64,000 nucleotides of DNA from the human T2T-CHM13v2.0 reference genome, Homo sapiens, in NCBI RefSeq assembly GCF_009914755.1, contig NC_060934.1; one strand, written 5' to 3'. Both the position numbers and the translations under genes were made by a program. Of the stretch, positions 1 through 13,995 are shown piece by piece. Position 1 is the stretch's first letter. Every line of letters starts with the position of its first letter. The notes under the pieces are model-generated. The model was given only the letters and a program-made list of their open reading frames with translations, was not told the origin of the DNA and ran no database searches.

Positions 1-169
1 AGATGTGACACTTGACTGTCAACTTATGGCATTCTGTACCTATTGATGCTGCAGTCTCCCAGTTTCCTCAGATTTTTGAAATAATGACTATAAAGTCTTT
101 GGCATAGTGCTTGCAAAGAAGTAAGCACGCAGTTTTAGCATAGCATTGATAATGATTATTCAAGGTTCA

Positions 170-275
170 CTGAAGATTATAAAGCACATACTGTGTGCCA
201 GGAACTGTTTTTGAAGGCTTGAAATGCATCAGAGAACAAAACAAAATTCCTTTTCTCATGGAGCATACACAATGA
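170..275 (-). mobile_element. L2 3'-end fragment (ancient LINE)
   Basis: AAAGCACATACTGTGTGCCAGGAACTG...TTCTCATGGAGC resembles the L2 3' end; a similar relic lies at about 620-750. Confidence 0.55.
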
Positions 276-1818
276 GGATGATGATGGTGGTGGTGATGAT
301 GACATTGAAGATGGTCTCTGCCACCTGGGAGTGCAATGTCTGCTGAGGGAAATAAAGCAATTCCTCATGCTGCCATGGCCTTATCTTGTGGTGGTTGTGG
401 CCCAACAAACTTATCCTACTGTACTGTGAGATCCTGGAAAGTACAAAGAATGCTCTGTTCATCTCTGAGTCTCTACTGCCTGGTTTTTGAGTTGTATTAA
501 TGGGTGTTTTATCTGAACTTTTCAACCTTATGATAGGGTACTGCCTATCATGGGTGAGGAATATGGCTCATGAAGGCCCCATTAAACTAGAGAAAATATG
601 CTAGGGGTAGGGTAAGGCAGATCTCATTCATTTATTCACCCATTCATTCAGACATATTTCTTGAACACCCAGGAGGGGGCAGGAACTGTGTAAAGCACTA
701 TGAGGGACACTGAGATCCATGAGGTAGGGCTCCTGGTCACACTTTAGCAGAGCCAGGGAAACACATCAGTGGCCATTTCCCTAAGGTTATTATACAGCAC
801 CCATGCCTCCATTTCCAGTCTTCATCCCCTTTTACTGCAATGGAGACCCTCCCTTAGGGAGAAAGGGAGGAGCTGCTACTGATAGAAGTGTGTTTTGACA
901 GAGAACCACCCGGCTGGAACACAGACCAAGGAAAACTGAGGGAAACTGTTCTGTCCTCCTCCACGTGACTACGAATACTGATAATGACAGTATTAGCAGC
1001 ATCAATATTTCTAGAGATGAAACTCAGTTACACGAACAACTGACCTATAATTCAGTAAGAAATACTCCACCCCTGCATCAATACCTTCTACAGCAGATGC
1101 TTTGAGATTTGTTATGAATGACAAATGAGTGTTGAGGTTGCAGTGATTCAAGGACTAGCTGGTCTACCCTTGGATGCTGTATTTGTATCACCACCAACTT
1201 CTGGTGTCATCTTGTCAGAGTCTTGCTGTTAAAAGTAGCATGAGGTCTCTGAGATATGGAGATGATCTCAGGAGTGATGAGTATGTGGGGAATAGGAGGA
1301 GGAGGGTGACACTGTGACTTTTATAGTGTTTTCTGTTCTGTAAACAGTTTTTATTTGTGGTTCCCCAAACAACCCAGTAATGTAGCAGGAGAGGTGTGTA
1401 CCTCTTAACTTCAATTTTCTCATCTGTAAAAATGGGGCAATAGACTTGCCCAAGGTCTCAAAACTGGCGAGTGTCAGAGAGGAGCCAAAACCCCAAGTTT
1501 TGTGTGTTTTCCACAATGCCAACCAGGTTACTGGTTGTGACATAACCTTGAGTTGAGAAACTTCTGGATGAGTAGATGGTTTCTCTAGAACACTAGTTTC
1601 TCAGAATGTCAAAGGTATTATAAACACATACAAAGTTGTTTCTGTCAAATGAATCAGAGCACTGCTGGAATGAGAAAGTTAAACAGGATTCCCTACTGTG
1701 AGACTTCTCCGTGCCTTTCACAGGCTCACCTAAGTCACTCTTTGTGACTGTTCAAGACAGGGAGAGAGGATACAATGACTTCTTGAGAATGCAGGCATTC
1801 TTTTTTTGCATGCATCAC

Positions 1819-2187
1819 TGATATTGTTTGGCTCTGTGTCCCCACCCAAATTTTATCTTGAATTGTAACAAACCCCACGTGTCATGGGAGGACCCCAGTG
1901 AGAGGTAAGTGAATTACAGGGGTATTTTTCCTGTGAAAACCTGTGGCCGTTCTCATGACAGTGAATAAGTCTCATGAGATCTGACGGTTTTATAAAGGGG
2001 AGTTCCCCTGCACATGCTCTCTTGCCTGCTGCCATGTAAGACATGACTTTGCTCTTCCTCCACCTTCTGCCATGATTGTGAGGCCTCCCCAGCCACATGG
2101 AACTGTGAGTCCATTAACCCTCTTTCCTTTATAAATTACCCAGTCTCAGGTATGTCTTTATTAGCAGCATGAGAACGGACTAATATG
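1819..2187 (+). mobile_element. THE1 (probably THE1B) solo LTR, ERVL-MaLR
   Basis: Starts TGATATTGTTTGGCTCTGTGTCCCCACCCAAA, ends GTCTTTATTAGCAGCATGAGAACGGACTAATA; about 370 bp. Confidence 0.92.
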
Positions 2188-2619
2188 GACTACCTTGTAA
2201 GAACTTGTTTTCTTGGAAATACACTTGGGGAAACCTTGCTTTAATCTCTAGTTTTCTTTTTTAGTTCCCTCTAATAACCTCAGGAAGATGCCTCTCTGAT
2301 CCAAAGAAGACTTGGGAGGATGGCAACCCAGTGATTAGCAGCAAGTTTGTTTTCAGCTAGAGCCATGGTCACACCCAGCCCTCAGTTCTTGCACAGGTCT
2401 GTCCGTCTAAGGCCTAACGTCCTAGTAGAGAGGGACCGACCTGCAGATAAGGAGGTTCTGCCACCACCCATCAGTGTGACCTTAGGCAAGTCATGTTCCT
2501 CTCTGGGGCTCAGATTCCTCTCCTGTAAAGAGAAGGGTTTGGATAAGAATAATTCCCAAGACCCATTCTATTAGTAGTCTCATAACATACAATTCCAATT
2601 TCTAGGTCAGTTGGTCCTC

Positions 2620-2790
2620 ACATCATTAGTTGTCACACAGATGCATAAAATCCACCAAGCACCTTGTTAAGATGCATAGTCCTGTGTCCTAGCCACAGAG
2701 ATTGCAATTTAGTAGATTTGGAGTGAGGCCTGGGGAACTGTATTTGTAACCATCATGCCAGAAGATTTTGTTGAGAAAGTCTGTTTACAC
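2620..2790. mobile_element. MER5-like hAT-Charlie DNA transposon relic
   Basis: CTTGTTAAGATGCA...AGTAGATTTGGAGTGAGGCCTGGGGAACTGTATTTGTAAC resembles the MER5A core. Confidence 0.6.
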
Positions 2791-4619
2791 CAATACCTGG
2801 AGAGATTTATTGAGACACAGTGAGGACTACAGGGAGTCCCCTGGACATATGACAGATTGGGGCACTCAGCCTTACACACCAGCTGATTGCAGGTGTATAC
2901 ATCCAGCCTATGGTCTGCCTCCTTGGGAAGATGGCCATTCTCTAACCCAAAGCTGCCTCTTAAGTGGGCTTTGTTCTCTTTTGATTCACCTGTAGTTGTT
3001 AATTATTCACTAACAGCCCTCTAGAGGGTTAGGGGAAGAATTGCTTTGTTTATTTAATAATCCATCACTTATTACAAGGCATTAAGAAAACCCCATAGAC
3101 TGTATCACACATTCAAGTGTGGACTCTGGAAATACCACCACAGTGGTGAAATCCATTTACCATCTGTTTACATGCTGTTTTGAAATGTTGGCTTTTAGAA
3201 AAGAAGTTGGGCTTTTTAGAAAAATTTTTCGCTAAACTGAGAGTTACATAATTCTAAGCTCTGTTTGGAGGCAAGCTGCCAAAAGTTTTGGTGGCTGAAA
3301 GAACAATAGTTTTCCAGTTTCACTTCAAACCAGAGATGGCTAAGGAACTTAAAAATTAAGATTTTTAAGTGAACATAAATTACTTTGGTAATCAAACGTA
3401 AGTTTTGTTTTGTTTTGCTTTGAAGTTTAGGGAGATGAAGTAGGACTAAGAATATGAGAATAATGACATCCTTTTCCCACAGGGCAAACTGGCAAAGGAA
3501 GCTCTGACTATGAAAAGCTCTTGGTGGAGGTTCCCACTCCTGACACCAAGATGGCTCTCCTAAGCCAGTTTTCACAGCTTCCAGAGGGAGAAGCAATACA
3601 AACAAGCAAAGGGTAGACAGGTCTATGCTTCTTAGTTTCTCGTGCTTATTTTCTAGATACTTGTCCTCCTGTTGTGCATCTATTTTTTACCTTGCCTTTC
3701 ATTTAACATTATAACACAAGTGCTTACACAAGTGCTACAGGTCCTTGTAACAGAATAAATATATAAGGCCTTCATTGTTTCCTATCACACAAATACAAAA
3801 TGTTCTTTAACCACTGTTGTACATTTTGATTGTTTTCAGTTATTTTTTTCTTTTATGAAAAAACATTGTGATGAATTCTCAGTGCATGAAGATTTTTCTG
3901 TATTTAGAATCCTAGGAGAGTTCTAATGTAGATTGAGTTCTGGCACCTCAGCTGTGTAAATTGCCCTCAATTTTTCTTCACTTTCTCAAAATGTGAGGAA
4001 CAGATTTTGAAGCCAAGCTAGTCTGAAGTCACATCCTGGGAGGGGTCTGACTTCAAAGTAAAGATCTATGAAAAGGAAAAAATTCTACGCAAGTCAAAAT
4101 ATAATATCATAATGCTATTTTGATCATATACATATTATCAAATATTAAATTGATAATATGTGTGGTTGAATAATAATACTATAAATTGTGTTCTGTATGC
4201 TTAATTCCTTAAATCTTCTGTGTATTATCTTTTCATTCATTTATTACAAAGTATGTTAGATGAAAGAGCTACCTGAATGTTTGCTAGAAAGTCTAATTCA
4301 TGGTAATAACAATGATATGTTTCATTATAGTCAATTTGTACATTAGATTTGAGAGTACTTTGAAACGAGTAATTTTCTATGTTTTCATTACTACCCATTA
4401 GGAGAGTATTTAGTTATTCTGATCATTGTTCAGACAGAAGAACCAAAGCACAGCCTGGTAGAGGGACTTCACAGGGCTAAGTAGAGGCAGCACTGATACC
4501 CGGGGCCATGTTTTCCTGATTTGCAGACCTGTGGTGAATGGGAATACTTTATCAAAACAAAGTAAACTAGTCTTTATTCTTTAGTTTATCTCTGTGTGGA
4601 ATAGACAACACAGTGATAG

Positions 4620-5100
4620 TACCTAGAAGAAGGTCAATATCTACCTGCTGAAAGTAAAGAGATGAAAAACATCTCTCTGTTCTCAAGAAAGCTGCCACTG
4701 TAATGGGAGAAATATAAGTGCAAATGGATTACCTTCAATCCAATTATGCATAACTCTATTATAGCAGTTAATATTGAGGGCACCCAGGGGGATGTCAGGG
4801 AAGGCTTCACCAAGGTAGAGAAATTTGAGTTATCCTTGAAGGAAAAATACAGGTTTATAAGCCAGGAAATAGGGTGTGTTCTGGGGAAAGGCATTCAAAG
4901 TGGAGGGCCCAGGGGCATAAACTGAGAAACGTAAGAGGGCATGGGCTTTTCTGGGATGGTGATGTAAATTCAGTGCCACTGGGTCCTAAGGCTTGGAGGG
5001 TGGGTCAGTGGAAGACAAGGCAAAGATACGTGGGGCACTTGAGGGCTTGTGGGAAATTCTAAGAAGTTTGGATTCCAAGTGGCTGGTGAAGAGAGTCAAG
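4620..5100 (-). mobile_element. L2 fragment (continues about 5640-6210)
   Basis: GTCAGGGAAGGCTTCACCAAGG...TTTGAG...GAAGG purine-rich L2 motifs. Confidence 0.65.
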
Positions 5101-5120
5101 ACAAGTTTGCAAGGTACATG

Positions 5121-5122
<2 letters not shown>

Positions 5123-5174
<52 letters not shown>

Positions 5175-5175
5175 G
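5123..5175 (+). repeat. Compound (GT)n(GA)n microsatellite
   Basis: Seen directly. Confidence 0.97.
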
Positions 5176-5202
5176 TTGAGGGAGAGAGAAAGAAAAGGAC
5201 AG

Positions 5203-5551
5203 CTGCAGATTGAACATGTGCATCACCCTAAAATTCATATGTTGAAATCCTAATATCCAGTGTAATGGTATTTGGAGGTGGGGGTATGGGAAGTGATTAG
5301 GTCTTAAAGGGGGAGTCCTCATCAATGGGTTTAGTGTCCCTATAGAAGAGACCCCATAGAGATGCCTTGTCCTTTTCCCACCATGTGAAGATAGAGAAAA
5401 AATGAACCAGGAAGCAGGTTCTTACTGACACCAAATCTGCCAGCTCCTTATTCTCAGACTTGCCAGGCTTCAGAACTGTGAGGAATAAATTGCTGTTGTT
5501 TATAAGCCAATCTGTGATATTCTGTTATAGACACCCAGTTAGACTAAAACA
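5203..5551 (+). mobile_element. MLT1A-like solo LTR (ERVL-MaLR)
   Basis: CCCTAAAATTCATATGTTGAAATCCTAA...CAGAACTGTGAGGAATAAATTGCTGTTGTTTATAAGCC...GACTAAAACA. Confidence 0.85.
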
Positions 5552-8051
5552 GACAGAAACAAGAGATACACAGAGGGAGGGGAATAGGTTTTGGCAAACG
5601 AACTTAACTGTGGATGAGTGTGAACAATGTCCTGGAGGAGGTTGGTCTTTGTAGCTGGGAAATCACTCATGAGGCCATTGCAAGGAGTGAGGTGGAAGCT
5701 AGGGATTTAGTGTAAGGTAGGGAAAGCTGGGATAGAGAGAAAAAGCCCAGTGTAAGACACACATGATAGAATTGAGCATCTATTAAATACAGGGAGTAAG
5801 AAAGATGCCACAATGAAGGATAACTTCAAGATTTTTAGTTGGGGAAAAAAATCTGGAAAAGACAGGAAAGAGAAGCAGTTGGAGAGAAGGAGGATAAGAA
5901 AATGAGTTCTGTCTGGGACACATTATGTTTGCAGTGTTTGTAGGGAACCCAGACAGAGGTGTGGCAGCTGGAGATGTGAGCTGAGATGTCAGGGAAGGAG
6001 AAGGGTGTTTGGTAGTTGTCTCAAATGTAGCTTGTGTAGTGGACGATGTGGAGTGGGTGGGGTCCTCCAGAGAGGACAGACAGAAGGAAATAGAAAGAAG
6101 TCACACCTGGGAAATGCTGAACATTTATTAAAAAGGATCTAGCAAAGGAGGCTGAGAAGGGATTGGAGAAGAGGCAAGAAATGGCAGTGATTTGGAAAGA
6201 AAAGGAAGAGAATTTGTTGTTTGCCTGGTTAAAGATTTTCGCTAAGGAGAGGGTGGCTGGATAAGTTATCACCCAACTGGGACTCTTTTGTCCAGGCAAA
6301 TGCCACTCTGGACAGAACACAGGGACTGTGGCAGTAACCCCAGTCTGTCTCCAACAAAGAAGGATATGTGGCCATCTACTTGCCATAACATCAGACTGAG
6401 GTAGACAGTGTTGTCCTGGGGCAAGCGGCTCAGGAGGGCTGCCAGGGAATGTGGCCTTCTTCATTTTCTGAAGCAAGTTAAGAGAGAGGGAAGAAAGAAA
6501 GAAAAATGCAAATGTTCACTGGCTTGGAGCTCCATTTTCTTGAAATAATTTTATTCTTTCACCAACTCTACAAGGGAGTGGTCTCTGATTGGGGAACCCT
6601 TTCCTTTGTTCTCTTGTTTCTGTGAGGGGCTTCTGTTATGGATCCTTGCAGCCTCTCTTCCCACAGGAGGAGATGCTGAAGATGAACAGTTTTTCCAGTT
6701 GGTGGGGTGTAAATGGTCTGCATATCTATCAGCTCACTGTTCTTTTCCCAGGTAGTTTAAGGCAAGAGAGCTCCTGTTTCCTTTTGCTTACCTCTTCCTA
6801 ATTTGGAAATGGTCTGATCCACATTGTCCTCTTCTTTGTTGCCAAGAGTGACCTTTAGAGGAAGGTAGGTGGCTACAATTGACCGGCTGTTTTGTCTGAA
6901 TTTGATGTAGTCCTTGGAAAAGTAATATATTAGGGATTACATTTGGCTATAGGTCCAGGCTGGACTCCCAAATCCAGATGTAACAGGAATTAAACTAATG
7001 TTGACAATACCCTCCCTCAATCTGACTCACGTCTATTTCTTATTTGATTCAAATTTTTGTTTGGAGGAGGAGAAAAGCATGAAGTATTGCTGTGTTCAAA
7101 TCCCAACATATGCCCATTTTATGTATAAAGACATCTGCGAACTCCATTTGTAAATGACAGAGCAGGGATTAAGCCAGAGTGCAAACCTAAAGACCAAACC
7201 CAGACTCCTTGTCCTCTTTCTACTCCACCATGCTGCCTCTTCAGGCTGAAATTATACTGACAAAAAAAGGAAATTTACATAGTCCAAGTATATGATTCCA
7301 GTTACAATGGGGTATGGGTTCACTTAAGCCACTTTGATGTCCTGCTTGCTCCCAGGCTATCCATATAGGAAACACTCTCTTTTCTGTTCCCACGAGGTGG
7401 ATTCTAAGATTGTCCTCTCATCCTTCCTGCTGGGATGGTACTGAAGATTAATACAGCAAATACACTTCCTCTCCCCAAAGAGTTCACATTTTTGCATGAC
7501 ATCAGCTTTCTTAATGGGGAATAGGAAAAGGGTCCAATTTCTCTGTGGGACCATTCAAGTCCTTTCCCAGGACAGGGTGATCCTTGAGAAAGTCATGAGA
7601 ATTTTCCTTCAGGTTCCACCATGCTGTAGGCTATAGAGAATTTTTGACTTTTCTTTCCTTGGTCTTACTCATCTTAACCATCACCCAGCACTCCATCCCT
7701 GACTCTACCCCAGCAAGGTCATGCATGTGAGAACGCCTTGCATTTGTGGAGAGTGAGTCTATCCCCAAAGCATGACTGTATTCATTTATTCCTCACTATG
7801 CTCTGCTGGTTTATTTTCCCAAATGGGGAAACTGAGGTGAGACGTGTTCAAGGCTAACCAGGCATAGATAGCAAGTAAGCTATTAAACATGAGTTTGGGT
7901 TTCCTGACTTCTGTTGTTCTTTACCCCATAATAGTGGGTGTATTTTTAAGACTGAACTCCAATCTCTAAAACAGAAAAAAGAAGTAGAGGTGACTTGGAA
8001 AGCATGGGAACTGAGAGATTCTCCTATTCAGTTTCCCCTTTACTTCCTGTG

Positions 8052-10370
8052 TGATATGGTTTGGCTGTGTCTTCACCCAAATCTCATCTTAAATTGTAAC
8101 TCCCACAATTCCCATGTGTCATGGGAGGAAGCTAGTGGGAGGTGATTGAATTATGGGGGTGGGTCTTCCCTGCATTGTTGATGTGATAGTGAATGAGTCT
8201 CACAAGATCTGATGGTTTTAAAAATGGGAGTTTGCCTGCATAAGCTCTCTCTTTGCCTGCCACCATCCATGTAAGATGTGACTTACTCCTCCTTGCCTTT
8301 CACTTTCGGCCATGATTATGAGACCTCCCCAACCACATGGAACTATAAGTCCAATAAACCTCTGTCTTTTGTAAATTGCCCAGTCTTGGGTATGGCTTTA
8401 TCAGTAACATGAAAACAGACTAATTCAGTAAAAATTGGTACCAGTAGAATGGGGCGTTGCTGAAAACATATCCAGAAACGTGAAAGCAACTTTGGAACTG
8501 GGACAGGCAGAGGTTGGAACAGTTCGAAGGGCTCAGAAGAAGACAGGAGAATGTGGGAAAGTTTGGAACTTCCTAGACACTTGTTGAATGGCTTTGACAA
8601 ACATGCTGATAGTGATATGAAAAATAAGGTCCAGGCTGAAGTGATCTCAGATGGAGATGAGGAACTTGTTGGGAACTGGAGCAAAGGTGACTCTTGTTAT
8701 GTTTTAGCAAAGAGACTGGCAGCATTTTGCCCCTGTGCCCTAGAGATTTGTGGAAATTTGAACTTGAGGGAGAACTTTAGGGTATCTGGTAGAAGAAATT
8801 TCTAAGCAAGAAAGCATTCAAGAGGTGACTTGGGTACTGTTAAAGGCATTCAGTTTTATAAGGGAAGCAGAGCATAAACATTTGGAAAATTTGCAGCCTG
8901 TCAACGTGATAGAAAAGAAAATCCAATTTTCTGAGGAGAAATTCAAGCTGGCTACAGAAATTTGCATAAGTAACGAGGAGCTGAATGTTAATCAGTGAGA
9001 CAATGGGGAAAATGTCTCCAGGGCATGTCAGAGGTCTTCAAGGCAGCCCCTCCCATCACAAGCCCGGAGGCATAGGAGAAAAAAATGGTTTCATGGGCTA
9101 GGCCCAGGGTCCCCATGCTTGTGGTCCCCATAGTTGGTGCCCTGTGTCCTAGCCACTCTAGCCATGACTGGAAAGGGCCAAGGTACAGCTCAGGCCATGG
9201 TTTCAGAGGGTGCAAGCCTCAAGCCTTGGCATCTTCCATGTAGTGTTAAGCCTGCAGGTGTACAGAAATAAAAAACTGAGGTTTGGGAACCTCTGCCTAG
9301 ATTTCAGAGGATGTATGAAAACACCTGGATGTCCAGGCAGAAGTTTGCTGCAGGGGAAGGGCTCTCATGGAGAACCTCTGCTACGGCAGTGTAGAAGGGA
9401 AACGTGGGGCAGGAGCCCCCACACGGAGTCCCTACTGGAGCACTGCCTAGTGGAGCTGTGAGAAAAGGGCCACCATCTTCCAGGCCCCAGAATGGTAGAT
9501 CCACTGATAGCTTCCACTGTGTACCTGGAAAAGCCTCAGACACTCAACACCAGCCCATGAAAGTATTCAGGAGGGAGGCTGTACCCTGTAAAGCCACAGG
9601 GCAGAGCCACCCAACAACATGGGAATCCAAGTCTTGCATCGGCATGACCTGGATGTGAGACATGGAGTCAAATGAAATCATTTTAGAGCTTTGAGATTTG
9701 ACTGCCTTGCTGGATTTCAGACTTGTATGGGGCCTGTTGCCTTTTTGTTTTGGCCAATTTCTCCCATTTGGAACTGCTATATTTACCCAATACCTCTACC
9801 CCTATTGTATCTAGGAAGTAACTAACTTGCTTTTGATTTTAAAGACTTATAGGTGGAAGGGACTTGTATTGTCTCAGATGAGGTGTTGGACTATGGACTT
9901 TTGAGTTAATTCTGAAATAGGACTTTGGGGGACTGTTGGGAAGGCATGATTGGTTTTGAAATGTGAGGACATGAGATTTAGGAGGGCCAGGGGTGGAATG
10001 ATATGGTTTGGCTGTGTCCCCACCCAAATCTCATCTTCAATTTTAACTCCCCCAACTCCCACATGTTGTAGGAGGGACTCAGTGAGAGGTGATTGAATTA
10101 TGGAGATGGGTCTTTCCTGTGCTATTCTCATGATAGTGAATGAGTCTCACAAGATCTGATGGTTTTAAAAATGGGAGTTTCCCTGCACAACCTCTCTCTT
10201 TTCCTGCTACTATCCATGTAAGACGTGACTTGCTTATTCTTGCCTTTCACCTTCTGCCATGATTGTGAGGCCTGCCCAACCATGTGGAACTGTAAGTCCA
10301 ATAAACCTCTTTTGTAAACTGCCCAATCTTGGGTATGTCTTTACAAGCAGTGTGAAAATGGACTAATACA
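8052..10370 (+). mobile_element. Full-length THE1 (probably THE1C) element: 5' LTR 8052-8427, internal 8428-9998, 3' LTR 9999-10370
   Basis: Two homologous LTRs (TGATATGGTTTGGCTGTGTC...GACTAATACA), THE1-int sequence, purine tract before the 3' LTR, target-site duplication CTGTG/TTGTG. Confidence 0.96.
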
Positions 10371-10579
10371 TTGTGATATCCCCAGAAAACTCTCACTGTG
10401 GCAGGCACTGTTCCCCTAGATTAGATTTTGATTTTATATTTTCTAGTTTTAAAGTTGGGATGTTTGGGCTAAGAAAAAGTCTTAAGACTCAGAATTGTGG
10501 AATACTGGAAATGTATTCAGATCTGTCCCATCAATTCTAGGATCAAAATTCCGTCTCCTAGGCTTACTTGAGGCAAAAG

Positions 10580-10820
10580 GGTACAGTGTGAAAGGTATGG
10601 CATTTGGAGTTAAAAGACGCAAGTGCAAACCATGGCTGTCCCATTTACTGGCTATGAAACCTTGACCAACCATTTAATCTCTGAGTCTCAGCATCTTCAT
10701 CAGTGAGACGTGCTTGTTTCCTCACACTCACAGAGCTGTAGTGAAGACTGGTTGAGCTGATATAGGCAAAAACTTTGTGAAATGGTAACTAGTCACATGT
10801 ATATGCTACTTGTTATTGTT
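10580..10820 (+). mobile_element. MIR
   Basis: ACCTTGACCAACCATTTAATCTCTGAGTCTCAGCATCTTCATC MIR core. Confidence 0.7.
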
Positions 10821-12189
10821 ATGGCCACGTCTCTCCTTTGAAGTGGCTGGGTTGAAAATCTTTACTGGAGTAATCCTTCATTCATTTACCTATTTAATCA
10901 ATGTATTAAGTACTTCCTTTGTGCTAGGCACAATTTGGTTGGAATTCTAGTTTACATTATCCAAGGAAAATTTTTAAAAATTTGTTAAAAGCAACCAAAA
11001 GCAGGTGGAGGAGGAGAACGAGTATATAGGCTCTGTCACTGACCAAAGAAAGGAATTAGTTGGGTTTCCATTGTTACGCCTCTTCAGATATTTAGAAGTC
11101 AGGATGTTTGGTGTATCAGTAAGACCCACAACTGAATTGAGGTGGTAAATCTGAGATTACTTCAAGCCCACCAAATACAGACATTTAAAAAATATCCAAA
11201 AATATCCAAATTCACTGTGTGAGTTATTTTCTGTGAAAGACAGGTGCTTTGAGAGCTGTCGAGTTGGGGGCTGAAATGATTCACAGCCTGCAGCTTGCTG
11301 GCTGATGGGAGAACACCACGCTGGGTTCCGCTGCTGCAGAGACCCAGGAAATGGGTCTCAAAGATCTTTTGGGCACCAGTGCAACCTTCCCAGTTAGATC
11401 TGGGCAAGAGTTCTGACAGTGGAGCTGGAGTCTGAGGTTGGGGTAGGGGGTGAGGCATGAGGGTCAACCGCTTTTGATGTAACAAGCTAGATGTAACAAG
11501 CTGCTTCAGATGTAATAAGTTGATTAATTCTGATAGATTTTTGTACTTTGCTAGGTTTTTGAAATAATGAAAGCCAACAACCTCATCAATATGATTCTAT
11601 ATTTGCCTATCTCAATAAGACAAGTTGCATATACAAAAGCCAAAGAGTAAATAACCCTGCAGAGTCTGTGCCCTCCTTTGAGAAATAGGTCAATGTAACA
11701 TTAAAGAAAATTTAATAAAATAAATCATGGGTGAAATTCCTCTGTTCCTCCTGTGTAACTGGAGTGCAGGAGGAAGGTGTCCACTTGGAATTTTATACAG
11801 GATGATTAATATAACTTTTAAATTTTAGTTTTAATGACTTTGTTTTGCTCACTTTCAATTTGGAAATGCTTGAAACACAGCATATTAGATGTGGTGGTAA
11901 GAAGTAAGATTTAATTAAGTTTGGAATCTACATTGTAGATTTCTTAGCAACTGCACTTGTTCAAATAAAAATGTATGGCTGAACATGCTGATTTTCAAAT
12001 CTGAAATCTACACTGTCTTGTGGAAGAATAAATGGTTTAACAACTTTTCAAATTAATATGATAAATTTGTTTCTTGATTATTATAGGTTTCCTCATTAGG
12101 CTGATTAAATAAAAAGAAGAAAGAAATTTCAAGTCACCTATAAATGTAGGCAGGCAGATTTTGGACTCTGAATGCTATTTAAATACCTT

Positions 12190-12345
12190 CCTACTCAATA
12201 TGTAATATGAGGACCAGCTCTCACAAATCTCCCAGAAATTTGTTAGAAATGCTGACTTTTAGGCCCCACCCCAGATTCTGAACCAAAATTTGCATTGAAC
12301 GAATACCCAGGTGATTGGTATGCACATTACAGTTTCCATGGCTTT
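12190..12345. mobile_element. MER5A DNA transposon
   Basis: TTGTTAGAAATGC...AGGCCCCACCCCAGA...CCAGGTGATTGGTATGCACATTA. Confidence 0.8.
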
Positions 12346-13289
12346 GGTACTTTAAGTACTCAGGGTGAATTTTGGGAGTAATACTATATTAAATGCTTCT
12401 GGAGTCACAAGGAGAGAGGTAGCTGATGCTTTGACTGATGAGTTAATTCCCAAACATATGGGAGACATATTTCTGTATGGCCGACTGTCCTTTTGTGTAA
12501 ACTGTTGCCTCTGTCCTAGGGCTGTGGGGGAGTCACAGCATTTGATTTTTTGTGCAAGGGACATATATTTAAAAAAAAATCAGCTCCTCCCAAAATAGAG
12601 TATGAAGAAATAATATCATTCATATCTGTTCTTCATTATCAAAATAATATTGCTGTTTTCGTGCTTTTTAGACTCCTCAGGGTATTCTGTTGCCACTCTG
12701 AGTTTTTTTCTTTTTACATATTTAGAAACAATTTAATAGAAACGTTGCTGCATGGGAACAAAAATATTTTTCTCACAAAACATTTTTGTTCAATAAGTTG
12801 CCACATATTTTTGTTCCATTTGGTACTTCATAAACTAACAGTATCTGTAGGCAATGCCACTGACAGGGCACAAGAGTAGATTTATGTGTTTAAAGTGGCC
12901 ATATAAATCTATATCTACAGTTTTTGCTTTAGACAAAACTAATACTTAATTTAACAAATTGTTAAACAGTAATTTGTTCTAAGTTCCTAAAAAAGACTGC
13001 AGAGAAGGTAAGTTAATTATTTCATTCACTCATCTAAAATTACTGACCTTTTACTGAGGATACAAAGGTGAATCAAACATTTTCCATGACACTGAAGAAC
13101 TCACCCTCTAACGTCAAAGGAAGAAAGAAGATGTGGCAGTGTGATGACAGCTTTCAGAGAGTAAGTGTAGATGCTCTGGGAGAGCATAGTAGGGGTTCTT
13201 AGTGAGGCTGATGAGTGATGGGTTCTTAGTGGAGCTGAGGGATGATTTCCCACAAAAGCTAACCCCTAGGTGGAATCCTTTAAAAGGAA

Positions 13290-13995
13290 AGCCTTGAAGC
13301 TACTCCCTCACTTTCTTCAGGCCTCTGTTTTGTGCCTGAGTGAAGTCCTCTGTGACCATCTGTATCAAGAGCAATAGTCACCCCAAACCTCTGCCCTCCC
13401 TATCTCTTCACCCTGTTTTGTTTCCTCCATAGCACTTATTACCATGTAGGGCAGCTGAGACAGTCCCAGTGATCCCCAAACCCTGGTATTTACGCTGCCA
13501 TGTTGTCCCCTTTCACATTTGATCCATTGTGACCGATAGAATATGACAGAAGCAATGGTATGTCACTTCCAAGCTTAGGTTAGAAATAATACTGTGGCTC
13601 CCATCTTGATCACTTTCTCTTGGATCACTCACTCTGGGGGAACCCAGCTGCCAAGTCATGAGGAGCTCTCTGGAGAGGTCCACATGGTTTAGAAACAAAG
13701 CCTTGTGATCCACATGAGTTAACTTGGGAGCAGATCCTCCAGCCCCAGATGAGCCTTCAGATGAGACTATTATCCTAGCTAACAGCTTGACAACTTCATG
13801 GGAATTTATTATCTTGAACTACCCAACTACATCTGGTATATTATAGGTTTGCTTATTTATTATTGTCTCTTTCCTTAAGTAGAATATGACCTCCATGAGA
13901 GCAATTACTTTGCTTTGTGCATTGCTGTTCCTCTAGTGCCTAGGACATTGCCCAGATCCTAGGAGGAGCTCAATATATATTTGTTAAATGAACAT
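13290..13995 (+). mobile_element. L2a 3' end interrupted by an MLT1F-like LTR (about 13445-13830)
   Basis: L2 sequence ...CATAGCACTTATTACCA breaks into MLT1 motifs (GTCACTTCCAAG, GAGAGGTCCACATGG, CCAGATGAGCCTTCAGATGA) and resumes to CTCAATATATATTTGTTAAATGAA. Confidence 0.72.
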
